A stretch of 64,000 nucleotides of DNA from NCBI RefSeq assembly GCF_032062105.1, contig NW_026933001.1, positions 1 through 64,000 of the forward strand. The letters are read 5' to 3'. The stretch's first letter is position 1. Every line of letters starts with the position of its first letter. Positions 35,601 to 49,206 of this stretch are shown here, piece after piece. The stretch is from Saccostrea cucullata. Its lineage: Eukaryota. A program made the translations under genes and the position numbers. Under the pieces are notes generated by a model, which saw only the letters and a list, made by a program, of their open reading frames with translations, searched no databases and had not been told where the DNA came from.

Positions 35601-38600
35601 TTACTAAACTCTATCAGAATATGCTGTCTAACATTTCAAAAATTTACTTCCGCTTTTGAGTTATTTTCCTTTAAACGAAAATTTAAAGGCTTTCATTTTC
35701 AGACAAAGGCTGGAGATGGCAAAAGCTGGAGCAGAAAATCTACTGATTTTAGATAATAGAAGGATTGAAGTTATGCACATCGGTTTTTGTTTTTCAATTT
35801 CTCTATTCAAAGTGGCGCTTTATAGGGGTAAAAATTATTTTGCTTTTTATCTTCTAAATTAACAATATTTTGTTAAAATATATAGAACAAAATTTGTGCT
35901 GAATTACAAGATCTTTCAACTGATATCTCGGAAAAAGGACCGATCACTAAATTAAGGGATTTATAGGGGCCAAAAGTTTTACCTCAAGAAATATTGATAA
36001 TTTGTTATACATCAAAGAAGCAAAGTTATTCAAAATCTCTAGTAAAATCTTTTTAGATCATCAAAATATGTCCTTTGACATCACTTCCGACCATACCGGA
36101 AGTAGTCAGAAAATGCATATTTTTGCAGTTCTTGACACTTTTTTGGGAAATATTTGTCATTGGAAGCATAAAACTGAATGTTCTGTCCGTTGACGTCACT
36201 TCCGGTCGAACAAGAAATAGCAAAAATGGCTTACTTTTGCAATTATCAACATAATTTGGAAGATTTAAATCATTATCATTAGAGACGTCTATATTCTATT
36301 TTTTAAATTAAAGTTAGTTCCGGTCAAGCAGGACGGAAGACCTAGTCGTTGCTTTGCAACGAGCCTTGCTCTAGTTTATATAATATATGTTATAAATCAA
36401 TAGAACGCCACCATTAAACACCAGAACCACTGACCCAGGGACCATGAAATCCACTGTTGTGGAAGAGGCAGTTATGCTCAACGTTAAAATAACTATGTAC
36501 TTAGTTAATTTATTAATACCCAAAACCAGAGAAGATATGTGAAATATCATCATTCAACGTTTACGCAGTGGTTTATTTTTCCTTTAAAAAAGGTATTTTA
36601 AGAGTTTTTTATAAAACCGATTACAGATTTTCCAACCCACTGCCAACGTTCCGACCGAGAATCGGTTACAAACTGCCATCCCTATGGCATAAACCGAAAC
36701 CGCCCGCTGCCTTTTACATAATTTAATATCTTAAAGATGCAGACTATAGCCTTAGCAATGTGCATACCTTGACTGGATACCACAGTATTTGCTTCAGCAT
36801 TGTCAAAACCTTCCATCTTAAGTGCTTCGTTTATCGCATGGCGCTGTGCATTGTATTGCGTCAAAATTCTAACTGTTGGTGGTGCCAACTTTTCATTGTT
36901 TACCAGGTAAGTATAGACTTTAATCTACAACGGGAAAGAGATATTTAGTACCTTTGTTTATTCTAAAATAACTTTGTTTGCAAATCAAGGGACAAAGTCT
37001 GGCAACTAAAACAAGCACTATGAAATTTTGCCTTGATAAAAGAATTTTACCACAAGTTCTACTTCCGCCAAATTGCTACGTGACTGTTCATTTCCTTCTT
37101 CGGTGGCCACCGACAAACATTTTTCTTCTCCCTCTACATGACAAAACAGTAGAGGTATATTCCATTTCCTCCATAATGTAAGGGGTTTCTCAGTGTGCCA
37201 TGTTTTGGAACTTTCCGTATTAAGCTTGTCTTTGTAAAATTGTTTTGATGGGAATTCGCAAATTTTCGGGTTCTGAAATAGAAATAAAAAAGAGAGCTTT
37301 CAAAAGAGTAAGAGTAAAAAAAAAAGATAGACTTGTGCTTATAAATATTAATAAGATAAGAAGGTTGCCTCTATATATTAAATTTCAAAATCTTCCAAAC
37401 ATACCATGCGGTACTGGGACTTTAATTCCACTGCATTGTCAGAATGCCGTTGAAATAAAGATTTGGAAAGCCCTAATCTACAAGCCTCGGGACAAATGAT
37501 GATTGGTTGAAGTTGTTTGTGATCTCCAATAAGGACTACTTGTTCTGCTTTCGTTGCAATAATTGGAGCGATTGTTTCTGGTTCAGTGCACATTCCCGCT
37601 TCGTCAATTATCAATTGAAAGACTTTTCCTTGTGTTGCTTTAAGTAATTTCGGATTTGTTGCAACGGAAGTTGTGCAAAAAATGACGTCATAATGTTTGA
37701 GCTCTTCTTGCGTAGCCTTGCTGAGTATCTTCATATACTTAATAATTTTTTCAGGATCAACTCCTTCTGGATTTATTTGAAAGAGCTTATCTAGCTGCTT
37801 TAGTTCCCTTGCATATGGTTTACCGTCTTTTCTTATCACGTTATGGAGTGAAACATCCGCTAAGTCCGGGTCGGGTCTGTTGTCTGTTTTAGATGTCTTA
37901 TTGATATACTCTCTACCAGGTATAGGAAATACCGTGTTTTCAATAGAACTTCCGTACATTCTAACTATATTTGGACACAGTGTTTTCAACTTCAGATGTA
38001 GCTGTCCTAATTCAGAACACCGATTTTAAACAACTTAGCAGAAAAATAAACTAAAAAGTTAAATTAGAATTTATATGTTTAGGGGCGAAATATGAACAGT
38101 TTAATTATCAGAATTAGAAAATAAGCAAATACATTGATAATACATACGTGCTACTAAATCAACGGACTTGTTGGATGGCCCACAGTATATAACTTGTTTG
38201 TGGTCACCGCTGTTTTTCCGATACTCCAAATTTATGTTCACAAATAATAATAAAAGCTTTATGCCAGTCGAAGTTTTTCCTGTGCCTGTAATTATATATA
38301 AATCATTTTAGTTCATCAAAAGTTGATTTTGCAAACTTTGTTTTTGCCTTTCAGGATTCTTGGGTAATTTCTGATTGGGTTCGTGATTTCTATGAACTTA
38401 CTTCTAAATCTCAAACATAACTAAATCATATCTTATTTTTTCTCAAGAAAAGCAATAAAACTATTTTAAACTTATGTCATTCGAGGATATTGACCTGGAG
38501 GGCCTTGTATCAGTGTAAATCGTGAAGACAGAGCTTTTTTAATCGCCTCTGACTGTTTATTATTGTTTGGCTGCAAAACTTCTTCGAATCTGTTGGGATC

Positions 38601-41600
38601 TTGAAGTTTTCCTAAGTTTAGGTGTCGATCATCTGTAAAAAATCTACTAAAGTTTATAATAATAAATTTATTTAAATGTATGCTTTATTGAATTATTGAT
38701 TCGAATTAAGAAAATAAATTGCATAAATTAAACGTTAAATCGTATTGCAATTAGAATGAAATCGACAAAAATGCAGTTGCAAAAATTAGATTGCTTCTTT
38801 TGATAGACAATAACTGCAAAATGCAATGCAATGTTGGCAATTTTTGCATTTAAGTTTCAGTTCAACCAGGATAATTATTCCACATTACCATTTTTCGTTG
38901 AAGTGACTTTTTATATACAGTATTCAGTAGGGCTTCAATTTTCGAGTATTAAGTAGGTAATCCTACAAACTCGACAATTTTGAAGTGCATGTGATTTATT
39001 TAATTGTAACTTGGAGGTAACCCAAGAAAGTAGATTTACCATGTACTATTTTTTTTGTAATGTACAAAGAATTATAGGAGCGGATCAATGATAATTACCA
39101 AGTTTAGGCATCTCTTCTCTCAAAGCTATTGACTTCGCCAGATTTGTTGCCTTATCAAGCTTGTTCAAATTTAGTTCAATGCGTCTGCCAAAGAAAAGGT
39201 AGGAAGATTTTGAATATACATGTACATTGTCAAATTTACATAATTTACTTCTTTTTACATTTTCACCTATCATTACAAAGTTACCTATCTGAAACTGACA
39301 TCTGAAGAATTTCTATTGTACAAATACAGGTTGTGGCATTGATCATTGGGAGTGTTGGTTTTCTGCTTTTCTCATGCAACTGAAATTGTACTGTAACTTC
39401 GTCATTGATTATGTCCTTTTGAATAAATTTTGTCTCCCCATGGCCAACCCATATCCATCTCCTGTTCGGAGGAGAATTGAAACTATCTTCCAAAGGACAC
39501 CCATTCTGCGTCTCGCACCGAATGCATAGAAAGTTCCTTTCAAAAGGAACAAATTTTCCATCGCTCTCTGTTTTTTCCCATTGGAAATTCAAATCTCGCT
39601 GCAGGCAAAACGTTTTGTTTAATACGAAAAAGCCATATCCAATCTTAGAACTGCAAAATCGTATAGGTAAATGATTGATGACTACTGATAAAGAGTTTGA
39701 TGCATTGGTTATGGATTCCATTCGAAAAATTTCCGACCAAACTTTAACGTATTCATCTGGTGTCATCGGTCTGTTGCCTGCATGTCTAGTGGCATAAGCT
39801 GCGAAACACTCAATTGGATCAGACATGTGTTGAATGCAGCATTTCACATTCTTTGAAATTTCTAAAAGATGAATAGTTGGCACCACAATCCCTCCTTTCT
39901 GTTCAGCTCCAAGTTGAAGAGGAATAACTTGACCACGGTCGAATGATAAACTAAATTCTGTGTACTGTTGAACTATGGTATCATTATGTTTTTCAGAAAT
40001 AGCATCAAGATGTGTCTCAAGACACTCAGGGACAATGGGTAGAACCTCTCCATCATCAAAATTCTCCCCCAGTGTGTGTATACTGTCATTTATCATTGCG
40101 TTTATGAACATCTTCCATCTCCCAATGGAAACAAAATTTACTTTGCGATGTGGATTTAAGTTTACAGAACCACCATTCGAAACAGGCGTGGAAGATAAAT
40201 ATTCCCTCCAAGAATATAATCGTTGTAACCAAGATAAAGTTAGAAGATGATCTCTTTGACCATTTTCTCCAAAGAATGGTTTTGAACTTACTTTCAGCAA
40301 ACAAAATTCAATTTCATTGCATGTTTTTGATAAAGCTCGCAATCCTGGGAAACATACAACAAGAGATTTTTCAGTGGCTGAAATGGCCAATGCATGAAAC
40401 AAACGAGGTTTTTCTTGAAGTTGCCTTCCTAAATGTAATAATTGACATTGTCTTTTAAATTCTAAATTACGGCACATGTTGATTTTCCTACATAACATAT
40501 CAATTTCGTTTTGTGAGTAGGGCGAGGGTTTTTTGTCAATCTTTGCATGGACAAGTCGACCCACCATTAAATCTGCATAACGGCGTATAGGAGATGTGAA
40601 ATGAACGTACGGATTAATTCCTAAAGAAAAATGGTTACCATCATGACGACATGATCCAGAACAGTTATAAACTGCTGTCTTTTGGAAAGATATCCATGAT
40701 TCATAAGCCATGGCTTGTTTTGGATGAAATTCATCAGTGCCAATTAGTCTTTGTACATTCTTGTACCTTCCAAAGCTGAATTCCAAATTCATTTTCTTCC
40801 AGATATACTTTTGCACTGGTATTTGATGTGAAATGGTATATTCATGAATATTGTCTATTGAAAGCTGATTTGGCGGAAGGTTTTGATTTTGTAACGAAAG
40901 AACAAAATTGGCAAAAACAGGATTATTTTCTTCCCATTCTTCCATTTTCCAAGGAGATGGTTCGCTTTGAGTACGAAGAGGAATACAATCTGGAAACGAT
41001 TCGTGAAGGAATTTTGCTATGAAACTATTCGCATGTATCATGTATTCTTCTACCATAATACGTGCATCAAGTGATTTATTGTATTCATAATATGATTCGG
41101 TGAATTGTTGTTCAAATGGAATAGAAAAAATCTTTAACCCCAAGCGTTTATAGCGTATTTTCTTCGAAATGTCATGTAACATAATCAATGTGTTCTTAAA
41201 AGCATCATCGCTGCTCTCATTTTCCGTCAATAACTTCTGAACTTCTTGATACGTAAAGGAGCGCCTTGACTTTACATATGTTCGTTTGACTTCTGTTCTC
41301 TTGTCTATAATATTTCCGGACCCGTCTATGATGAAGAAGACTGACAAAGTTTTCCTTTTATGAAATGGAAGAAGACTACATAATCCTGTTGCAATAGGTT
41401 CTGGTAACATATGATACGCACGATGGTTTCCTCCTGGGTTAAATGTGGTTGATCTTTCTTGTGCCTCTAAATCAATGTCATCATCCCTTTTAACTATGCT
41501 TCCAACGTCTGCAATATGGATACCAACTTCAAAATGGGAATCTGCAATCTCCTTTATGCTCAATGCATCATCTAAGTCTTTGGATTTTTTATCATCGATA

Positions 41601-42544
41601 GTAAACACATGAAGGTTTGTCAAATCCTCTCTCTTTTCCTCTAATCTGATATCTGACTCTCTTTCTAGTTCACCCACTTTCTCTATCGTTTTTTCTTTGT
41701 AGAGGACAGATACTTTGTTTTCCAGGCAAATAAGGTTTAGAGATGTTTCTACATTATGTTTTGGGTCATAAACCTTTATTATTGCACCTATGGGATAAAC
41801 ACCTTCCCACTTTATGAAACAAACGAGAAAGGTGTATTCTTTTCGTTTTGATTGATCTATGAACTTTACTTCATCTATTATAAGTTTTTTTGTTATTTCA
41901 TTCAACTTGTATACGTTAACGCCTGGTTTTCTTGGTCCCTCAAATACCTCCTTTAATGGATAAATTTTAGGCACAGTTTTACATACGGGTATCATGAAGC
42001 GGTCGTCCATAGTGCAAACAAATACAGGGTATTCTGGAATTGATTCGTTTCTTTTTGTTATGCAAACAACTTTCCCATATATCTTATTTCTATGCTCATC
42101 GTTATGTAGAATTTCCACTACGACCTCGTCTTCATTAAAGGCTTTGCCACATTTTGATCTTCCTGATATTTCTATTTCCATTTCGCCGTCCATTGTGGTA
42201 CAGACCGCTCTGTGAGCATTAAATATTTCAATTTTACAATGCTTGTAGGTCTCTGGATACTTTGCACAGCGCTCAAAACTCTCACTGATGTCAAGCATTT
42301 TGTCATACATTTCTACTTTTGTACTGAAACAATCGTTCACAAAACCATCTGACAAGTCAAGCCCAGCACTAAACAGGGTTTCGCTGAAACCGCTATCGTC
42401 CAAGAACTCATTTCTGTAGTGTTTCAGTGATTTGTTGTAGAAATAATTGGTAGTTTCCTGGTCATAATCGACTTCCTCATCATATTCCTCCAATAAATCG
42501 TCATCGCTGAATGACTCAGATGCTGGATCTGACTCTTCTGACAT
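32646..42544 (-). CDS. HELZ2: HELZ2-like RNB (RNase II/R) exoribonuclease - UPF1-like SF1 helicase fusion, copy B (~1631 aa)
   Basis: Exons 42544-39285, 39184-39099, 38632-38495, 38285-38148, 38006-37405, 37272-37051, 36924-36768, 34511-34344, 32770-32646 splice in frame. RNB motifs FTIDDKKSKDLDDALSI, EVGIHIADV, YVHFTSPIRRYADL. Helicase motifs LIQGPPGTGKT, YCGPSNKSVD, IIDEAG, LIGDHKQLQP, QYRM, TVVSSQGGEWDYVIFSTVRS, NVALTRPRKG. In-frame TAA upstream of ATG 42544. HELZ2-like; strict orthology not established. Confidence 0.88.
32936..33545 (+). mobile_element. DINE/HINE-like element with (GTCC)n/(GTCT)n microsatellite and ~155-bp tandem units
   Basis: Start tttgtcccccgcttgaaaagtggggg (hairpin), then (gtcc)5. 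Repeated ctttcgtttccacacgatatctc.agaacc.tttgagct..gcaatgaaattt..aactccct.tgg.ctaaagaagaccc.tattgattttgaggtcaaa at ~33022 and ~33177. Confidence 0.75.
33680..34275 (-). mobile_element. Penelope-like retroelement reverse transcriptase fragment (degenerate, internally deleted)
   Basis: MLEFLIDNIYVVFGDQVFQQSNGIPMSTNCAPLLADLFLYSYEAEF, then a frameshifted FNSTFRYIDDVLSIN (RT catalytic YIDD), jumping to ..SFRKFYGRYNDLVSKY. Lies in the last intron of copy B. Confidence 0.85.
34686..35380 (-). mobile_element. DINE/HINE-like element (reverse orientation) with ~155-bp tandem units
   Basis: About 3.5 units of cactattctatgtatcttagtgtagtctacttgtgtgccaagttatattgaaatcagaccaaaac..gaaggag..gaatttcacagaaaattctatttttagtaaccatggcaacaccgttca, followed by (gaca/gacg)n and the terminus ctcttctggtctctgaccagtagagctaaaa. 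Confidence 0.8.
35459..36377 (+). mobile_element. HINE-like element with AGGTCTTC..GGAAGACCT subterminal inverted repeats
   Basis: Start ttaggtcttcgtttccaacggaagacct; end ggacggaagacctagtcgttgctttgcaacga..tctagttt (subTIR plus 3' hairpin); recurrent acttccg motifs. Confidence 0.65.
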
Positions 42545-45500
42545 TTCTGCAGATTTTGGAAACCTATCTTACTTTGTTGAAAATTGTCTCGAGAGAATAA
42601 TTTGGGTATTCTTCTCTGTAAAATAAATTTCAATTTTTGCTTAAAATATGTAAATATCATTTATTAATATATCTCTTTGGAAAAAAAGAAAGATACATTT
42701 AACTGTGTAAAAACATGATGATTTTATTCATTAACAATGTTCTTTCAAAATTTATTGTTGGTATAACTAATAGCAAATCGAATTAATTTGTGTTTAATAT
42801 TTCCAGTGCTTACTTTTTGTTAAGGAAAAATATTGATAATTACATCCTGACTCCAAAAAAAACCCCATAGCTGTAATGGTAGAAACCTTAAGGAAATAAT
42901 TCCGTAAACATAGATCGAAGAAAATTTATATAATATGCATATGCCTTTCCGAATTTTGCTATTACATAAAATAGAAATTGAAATCTCATTGTATGATTGT
43001 ATTTTTTTCTCAAAAATTAAAATTACTGATAAAACATACAAGAAAACGTTTGTAATTCAAATCGGGGTATTTTTTCAGCTTCTGTATACATTTTTTATAA
43101 TATGGGCACGTTTCCCTCTTTATAAAAAAATACCGTATATTATATCAGCTAAAATTGTTTACTACAAACACAAATTTAAGAAGTAATTCTATTTTAGAAA
43201 ATTTTTCTCCTTTTTGCAGATATTAAAATTGTATGATAATAATATCCTGTGGTGGTTTATATTTGGTAGAAAGCTGGTAAAATTACAATCTCTTGTTTTG
43301 CATCTCGAACAAAAACAAAATAACTTTGACCAGTCTTTTATTTACACTACATACACCTCTTTGATCTCTGGAGTAAAATGCTATTCACACCTAAAAACTT
43401 AAGAAGACTTTTCTAGCTGGGATATAATCATGTACATGTAGTTACATACATGTATCTAAAGTCCCTGAAGCAATACCATATAAAGCTATTGGTCAACTGG
43501 AACCAATCGTCCTCAAAAATTTTTCGACAAAATTATTGGCATATATATGGGCTAGGATATAAATGTACCATTAACACCCGAAAAAGAAACCCGTTATACG
43601 GTAATGGAAAGTGTGAACATCGTATGATATTGTTTTCAAACATTTTTATGCTTAAGTCATTCGTTATTTTCGAAACCAAAATGAATGCAAATTTTTGTTT
43701 TTTTTTCCTATGGTTTCTTGAGTGATCCCCTTTTATCCATATATATATATATATTTGAGTTAAACTGTGTTAACGTTTTGCACTTCCCCAGGGCTGTGTC
43801 ATGTTGTTAATTTTGAACGTACCTGATGGCAGTAAATAAAAATTTTTGACATACACAAGAACTTCCACTACAGTTTTGTGAGAACATACATATAGGGAAG
43901 TGGGACCCAAAGAAACAGGGGGAGGGTAATACAAATAAGTATAGATATTTCGTAAACAGGGTTTACCCTTAAAAACTCTAATATACATCGTTATCTATAC
44001 TTACCCGCCTCAACGATTCTCAGAAAAAATGTAGCAAACCTTAGGCAGAATAATATAAATTTCATCTACCTTGGCTAATTTTTTTTAAGAACAAGCAGCC
44101 TCTGCCATCTTGTCTCTCCCGTCGTGTGTCCCTTGGCATGACCCGGAAAAATCTTTGGATCATTCAGTGTATAAATAATGCCAAAGCAACCAATATGAAT
44201 GTTGACCAGTATTTCACTCATTTCTATCAAATATAGCTCTTTCAATTACTTTGCTTGTAAAAATAATTTGAATTCCGTTCCCTTCCCTGTGGCTTGGTAT
44301 AGTTTCAAAGTAGGGCGTTAGGTCCACTCATTCTCTAATAAATAGGGTAATATGTGACATTTCTCATCTTGCGAAAGCCAATAATTTTCAAGGAACAATA
44401 TATTGAATATCAATATCAACTTACCGTAATCGTAAACAAAACACTCTGGGCATTTAAGAACTGTTTTTCTGCTAACCATTTGCATTTGCAAATATTGTAA
44501 TTACAAAAGTATCGATCTCCCACGTAACGTTTAGTAGTGCAGCAGTCACGCCATGCGATTTTCAGTAAAACAGAATGGGGTATTTAAAACATATGCGACT
44601 GGTAGACAATTGTGGATTTATAATTAACTTTATCTTAAAAAAAATCTTAACTTGACCTTTATAGTAAAATCTAGCGCATGTTGAGCATAGCAAAATAAAA
44701 ACCTGTTATTTACAAGTGCATTTGTTGTGTTTGCTTTTCACTTCAAGGAAAATTCAAATTATTTATGTGTAAATACACACTCGTGTTGCTATGGAAAATT
44801 TGCTTATAACGCAGATTGTTTAATTCCTTAAAAAGAGCTAGTTTCCCAGTCACTTTGCTAAAAACCAGAGGGCGATGTTCAGAATAACCTGCTTTCAACT
44901 CTCTCAGAGTGCAGATAAAATCAATGTTTTGCGTCAATTATATGTGTTACCATAGAAAAATATTACTATTTTCTTCGTATTACGTAAACGCAAGGCCTGA
45001 TTTAAAAGTGGCTCAGATGTTTTAGTAACATTAATAGTGAAATGACTTACATACCGCATCAACCAGTGAACCACCTTGAGTTGAAAGACTCACAGACACA
45101 AAGCACGGAACTAACCAGTGCGGACATTTTAAAAAGCTTCGATCGATCCGGTCCGTCTACCTAAATAATTACCTGGTACCTAGACGGAACACTACTGAAT
45201 ATTCAAAAATGATTAAAAAAAATCTTTAAAGAACTATTTTTTAGCGCACTGTTACCTGAGAAAAAAGATTACCTGATCTTAGAAGTACGGATGCTATTGC
45301 TATGTCCTAGATGGACCTAAATTAAAATAAACGCCAAAGATCTATAATACACATTGCATGCCATATACAGCGAGTTTGTCTATAATGCCTTGGGACCTCT
45401 AGCAGATTTCATTGTTTTATATTTGGGCTTGCCTTCCTCATTGAAATGCCTCAATCAAATTGAAAAAAACCCAGCTTATATTTAAAAGATAAATTGATAC

Positions 45501-46342
45501 TGTGATAAGACAGATAACTCTTAATGACACACGTGTCTTTCATTCCTTTAGGAATTTGTTAAGTTGAAGTGCTTTTTGTCCAATTTTGTCCCGCAAACTC
45601 CCCTACAATTGATTGTATTTTACCTAGCACATACATTTCTTTTGGAAAATCATAGGAGTGAGAAAAACCATTTCATATAGGTGAGCAGAGGGTTTTAAGA
45701 ATATAAGGTATCGGTAAACACTTCAAATGCTCACGGTGGAAGTGATTTTTAATGTTATGTTAAGTATTTCAAGTTTTTCTTGTGCAAAAACTATTTTTAA
45801 AAAATACTTGAAAAGGTGTTACAGAAAAATATTTCTATGCACAGAAATCTTTCCGATTATATTCATTGACTTTTATTATAATGCATGGAAGTCGGGAGCA
45901 AATCAAAGATAGGGGAAAATTATGGAAATGGCATGATAATTTATTACAATATATTTTATTAGAATGAGAAATTGATTTGTACAGAATAGACGAAAAATCT
46001 TATATCTTGTCACAATATTTTCTGCATACAATAGAACACATACAATAAACATTTATTTAGGGAAGTTTTATTACAAATTGTCCTTATTCTTCGGGGGTAG
46101 GAGTTACTTCTTTACTTCTTAGAAAATTCCATAAGGAAAGGTTTTATTATAATTAAAAACAGTAAAATTATCTTGACATATTTTTAAAATCGTACTTTTA
46201 GTCTCTTGAGGCGTCCAGGATAAACATCTCGCTCTGATAACATTGCAACCTATCACATTCTGACATCTGAACACCAAGGTTCATTTGTTTTGTTTCATTT
46301 TCGATTATCTGAAATACGCATAATATAAATTAATTTCATAAA

Positions 46343-46418
46343 ATATTATATATTATATATATTATATATATTATATATTATATATATTATATATATTATA
46401 TATATTATATATATTATA
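46343..46418. repeat. (TATTATATA)n AT microsatellite
   Basis: Direct reading of the sequence. Confidence 0.9.
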
Positions 46419-46774
46419 AAAGAAAAACTAACTTTAATGTTACATAAATATATATTTACATTGAGTGTAATTTTCTTTATAAAATCCATCAGAAATCCAT
46501 GACATTCAAATCTCTCTATCACACACGGAACCTTGCCACCACGCGTTAGAATATACAGAGGGAACTATACGCATTTTCAATACTCTAGGAACATCAAAAT
46601 GTACATTGTTTTGACACGATTTTATAAAAATAACAACCCTGTTAAATTAACGTAAAAATACAATAAATGTGCGTTTAAAATTCATCTGTCACTTTTTTTC
46701 TCGAAATTTATTAAATCTGTTCAGATGAATTCATTTAAGTGTACTATCTGAAGTGAAGGGTATTACAAAGCAGT

Positions 46775-46912
46775 TATAGACTGGAAATCAGGAACGAAAT
46801 TGCTGAGTGGACCTGAAGTTGAAAATGTTATCCTTGTGTCCTTGGCCACCTTAGGCAGCATTTTCACCTTCAGGTCCAACAAATCATGTATTGTCCTCAT
46901 ATCCAGTCAATA
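46775..46912. repeat. Palindromic (hairpin) repeat element
   Basis: ggacctgaagttgaaaatg (46809-46827) pairs with cattttcaccttcaggtcc (46859-46877); outer gactggaaatcagga pairs imperfectly with tcctcatatccagtc. Confidence 0.7.
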
Positions 46913-48046
46913 ATAGTATACCGGTATTATTCATACTTGTTTAGAAAAAAAACCCATACTTACAGATTAACACCAGCAAAATCCACGAGAAAAGATTAAT
47001 GAAGAAATCGACTATGTTTCTTGGGAACGAGAAAACTCAGTCAAATGATACTTTTTAAGACTTTCAAAACAGGAAAGTTATGTAAGTTTCCTATACCCAT
47101 GGAGCAGCAGTCAAAGTAAAAATTGTATGATTACTCTAACTTGAATCAATCATTTTGACAACCTTGCAGAAAACGTTGAGAAAATATGTTTTTATTTAAA
47201 AAACAACAACAACAAACAAACAGAAAGTCAGATTGGTTGGCCTACTCAGTGGTTGATTATAGAACCTAGTTCAAGGAGTGTGAAACTGGCTTATAATAAA
47301 CTGTGCCAGGTGACCTAAAATGCTTAAGTTCAATCCTTTTTTTCATAAAGGGGAATAGATTAAAAAGTGAAAATTTTATAAAGATCCATAATGTGGTATT
47401 GTTTGAAGTTCTTTATCCATATATGTATGTATCCAAAGTCTAAAATTATATTAAATTTAGTTTTTTCTTGTGTTTATATTTATTTTTTCTCTTTCCGTTA
47501 TCCATACCTATGAATTTTTTGGACTAGTTATTGTTTATAAGCAGATGTCTGAATTGTATTAATTAAAAATAGACAATAATACCCAGTGAATAGAAAATTG
47601 TGGAAATTTAATACTTATATGCAGCATTTACATGTATCATTATCACAATATAAAAAATATATTAATAAAAACATTCATCAGAATGTTTAAACAGACATGA
47701 ACATTTTTACGTCAGTATGAAATTTGTATGGAATTTCTCATGCCATTTCGATAGTTTTCGTCAGTATGAAATTATATGTCAGTATGAAATTTGTAACATG
47801 GTTGTATAAAAATTATTGAAATAATACATAAGCTTAGAAAAAGTCCTTACAATAATGTGAAGTATACAAGGTAAAACTAAAACTAAAAACGTTTGTAATT
47901 TAGAAAGGCATTAAGATCATAATTAATATATAAAGTCAATATATGATTTCAATTTTCATAAGATGTATGCAATAAAAGCAAAATATTATTAATGAATAAG
48001 CTTGTTAAAACCATTTAAAATAGCACAAAATATTATTTGATTTTTA

Positions 48047-48480
48047 AAACAAGATGCGTTTGTGAAACACTATGCGCCCGACGACAACGAAGTTCCAAAA
48101 AAACATTTCTAGCAGATAGGTTACAGTCAAGGTAACAAGGTCATTGACCTTGGTGTCATTTGAAAGAACTTAATTAGTGGAGTATGCATACCAAATATAA
48201 ATTTTCTATTTCTTTTGCTTCAAAAGTTATGGCGAAAGTTCGGAAAAGCTATTTTTAGCGTATAGGTCACAGTCAAGGTCACAAAGTCATTGACCATGGT
48301 GTCATTTAAAAGAGCGTCATTAGTTCACTACGCATACCAAATAAGAAGTCTCTATCTCTCATGGTTCAAAAGTTATGACGAAGGTTAAAATTGACAACAG
48401 ACAGACAAACAGATAAACAGATAAACAGACAGGACAAAAACAATATACGCCTCGCATCTATCGATACGGGCGCATAAAAA
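48047..48480 (-). mobile_element. DINE/HINE-like element (reverse) with two ~150-bp units and (GACA)n
   Basis: Starts aaacaagatg..; two copies of acagtcaaggt.acaa.gtcattgacc.tggtgtcattt.aaaga..cataccaaata..aaaagttatg.cgaa; (gaca)n; end cgcctcg..gggcgcataaaaa. Confidence 0.7.
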
Positions 48481-48484
48481 TGAA

Positions 48485-48680
48485 CCCTGCAATGTGGTTA
48501 AAGCGTATGCTTCAGAGTCTATAGATATAAAGAGTTGATCCTAACGTCGCGGGTTCGAATCTCACGGCGGGAAGTGTCCCTCCTGATGATATCATTTAAT
48601 CAGATGTCCCTAGTTGCAGTAGGTGATGGTTCAAAAGCCATAAGAGCCGGATACACGTAAACTTTGCAGGCCCCCACTTG
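48485..48680 (+). mobile_element. tRNA-derived SINE (degenerate)
   Basis: A-box-like tgtggttaaagcg and B-box GGGTTCGAATC; downstream gtccc..gcagtaggtg shared with the SINE at 60942. Confidence 0.6.
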
Positions 48681-49206
48681 CAAGTTATGTAAATATTAAT
48701 ATTGACATTTAAATAAAGCAAAATGATGGTACAAAATATGAAAAAAATACGTTTGCTTAATTGATATATGGTTGTGTCAAAATCTTAAAATCTGGGAAAT
48801 TGGAACCATAGACAGAAAAAAATATGCCTTAAATCCATTTAACAAATTAATTGAAATGATATGGTCTTTTCAATCAAGACGCTGAAAATCCTTGAAAAAT
48901 TAACTTTCAATGGATCTTATGGCAAAGTTAGATGATAAAGGAATCAATTGATGTTGCAATGATGTGAATGCTGAAGAAAAAGTCACAGTATAATCATACA
49001 CGTGTGCTATTTGTTTCCTTGTGAATTTCTACATTCATTTTTATTCCTATTTCACTTTATTTTACTCTATGTTTTTCATCCAATCCAGTTCCCTGTTATT
49101 TTCGACACAATCCGTGTCCCCAGCTGTATTTCGGTTAATATAGATTTCCTTTCGTCTTTTCATTTGCTCAAAATATTTTTCGATCAGCTTGTCTTATAAA
49201 ATAATT

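Noticed and set aside
39477-42215. Plus-strand ORFs overlapping the large HELZ2-like exons (also 53471-55965)
   Set aside because: Antisense shadows of the minus-strand coding sequence, with no independent evidence.
48490-48570. tRNA gene (also 60950-61030)
   Set aside because: A B-box is present but no full cloverleaf or poly-T terminator; the sequence continues into a SINE body.
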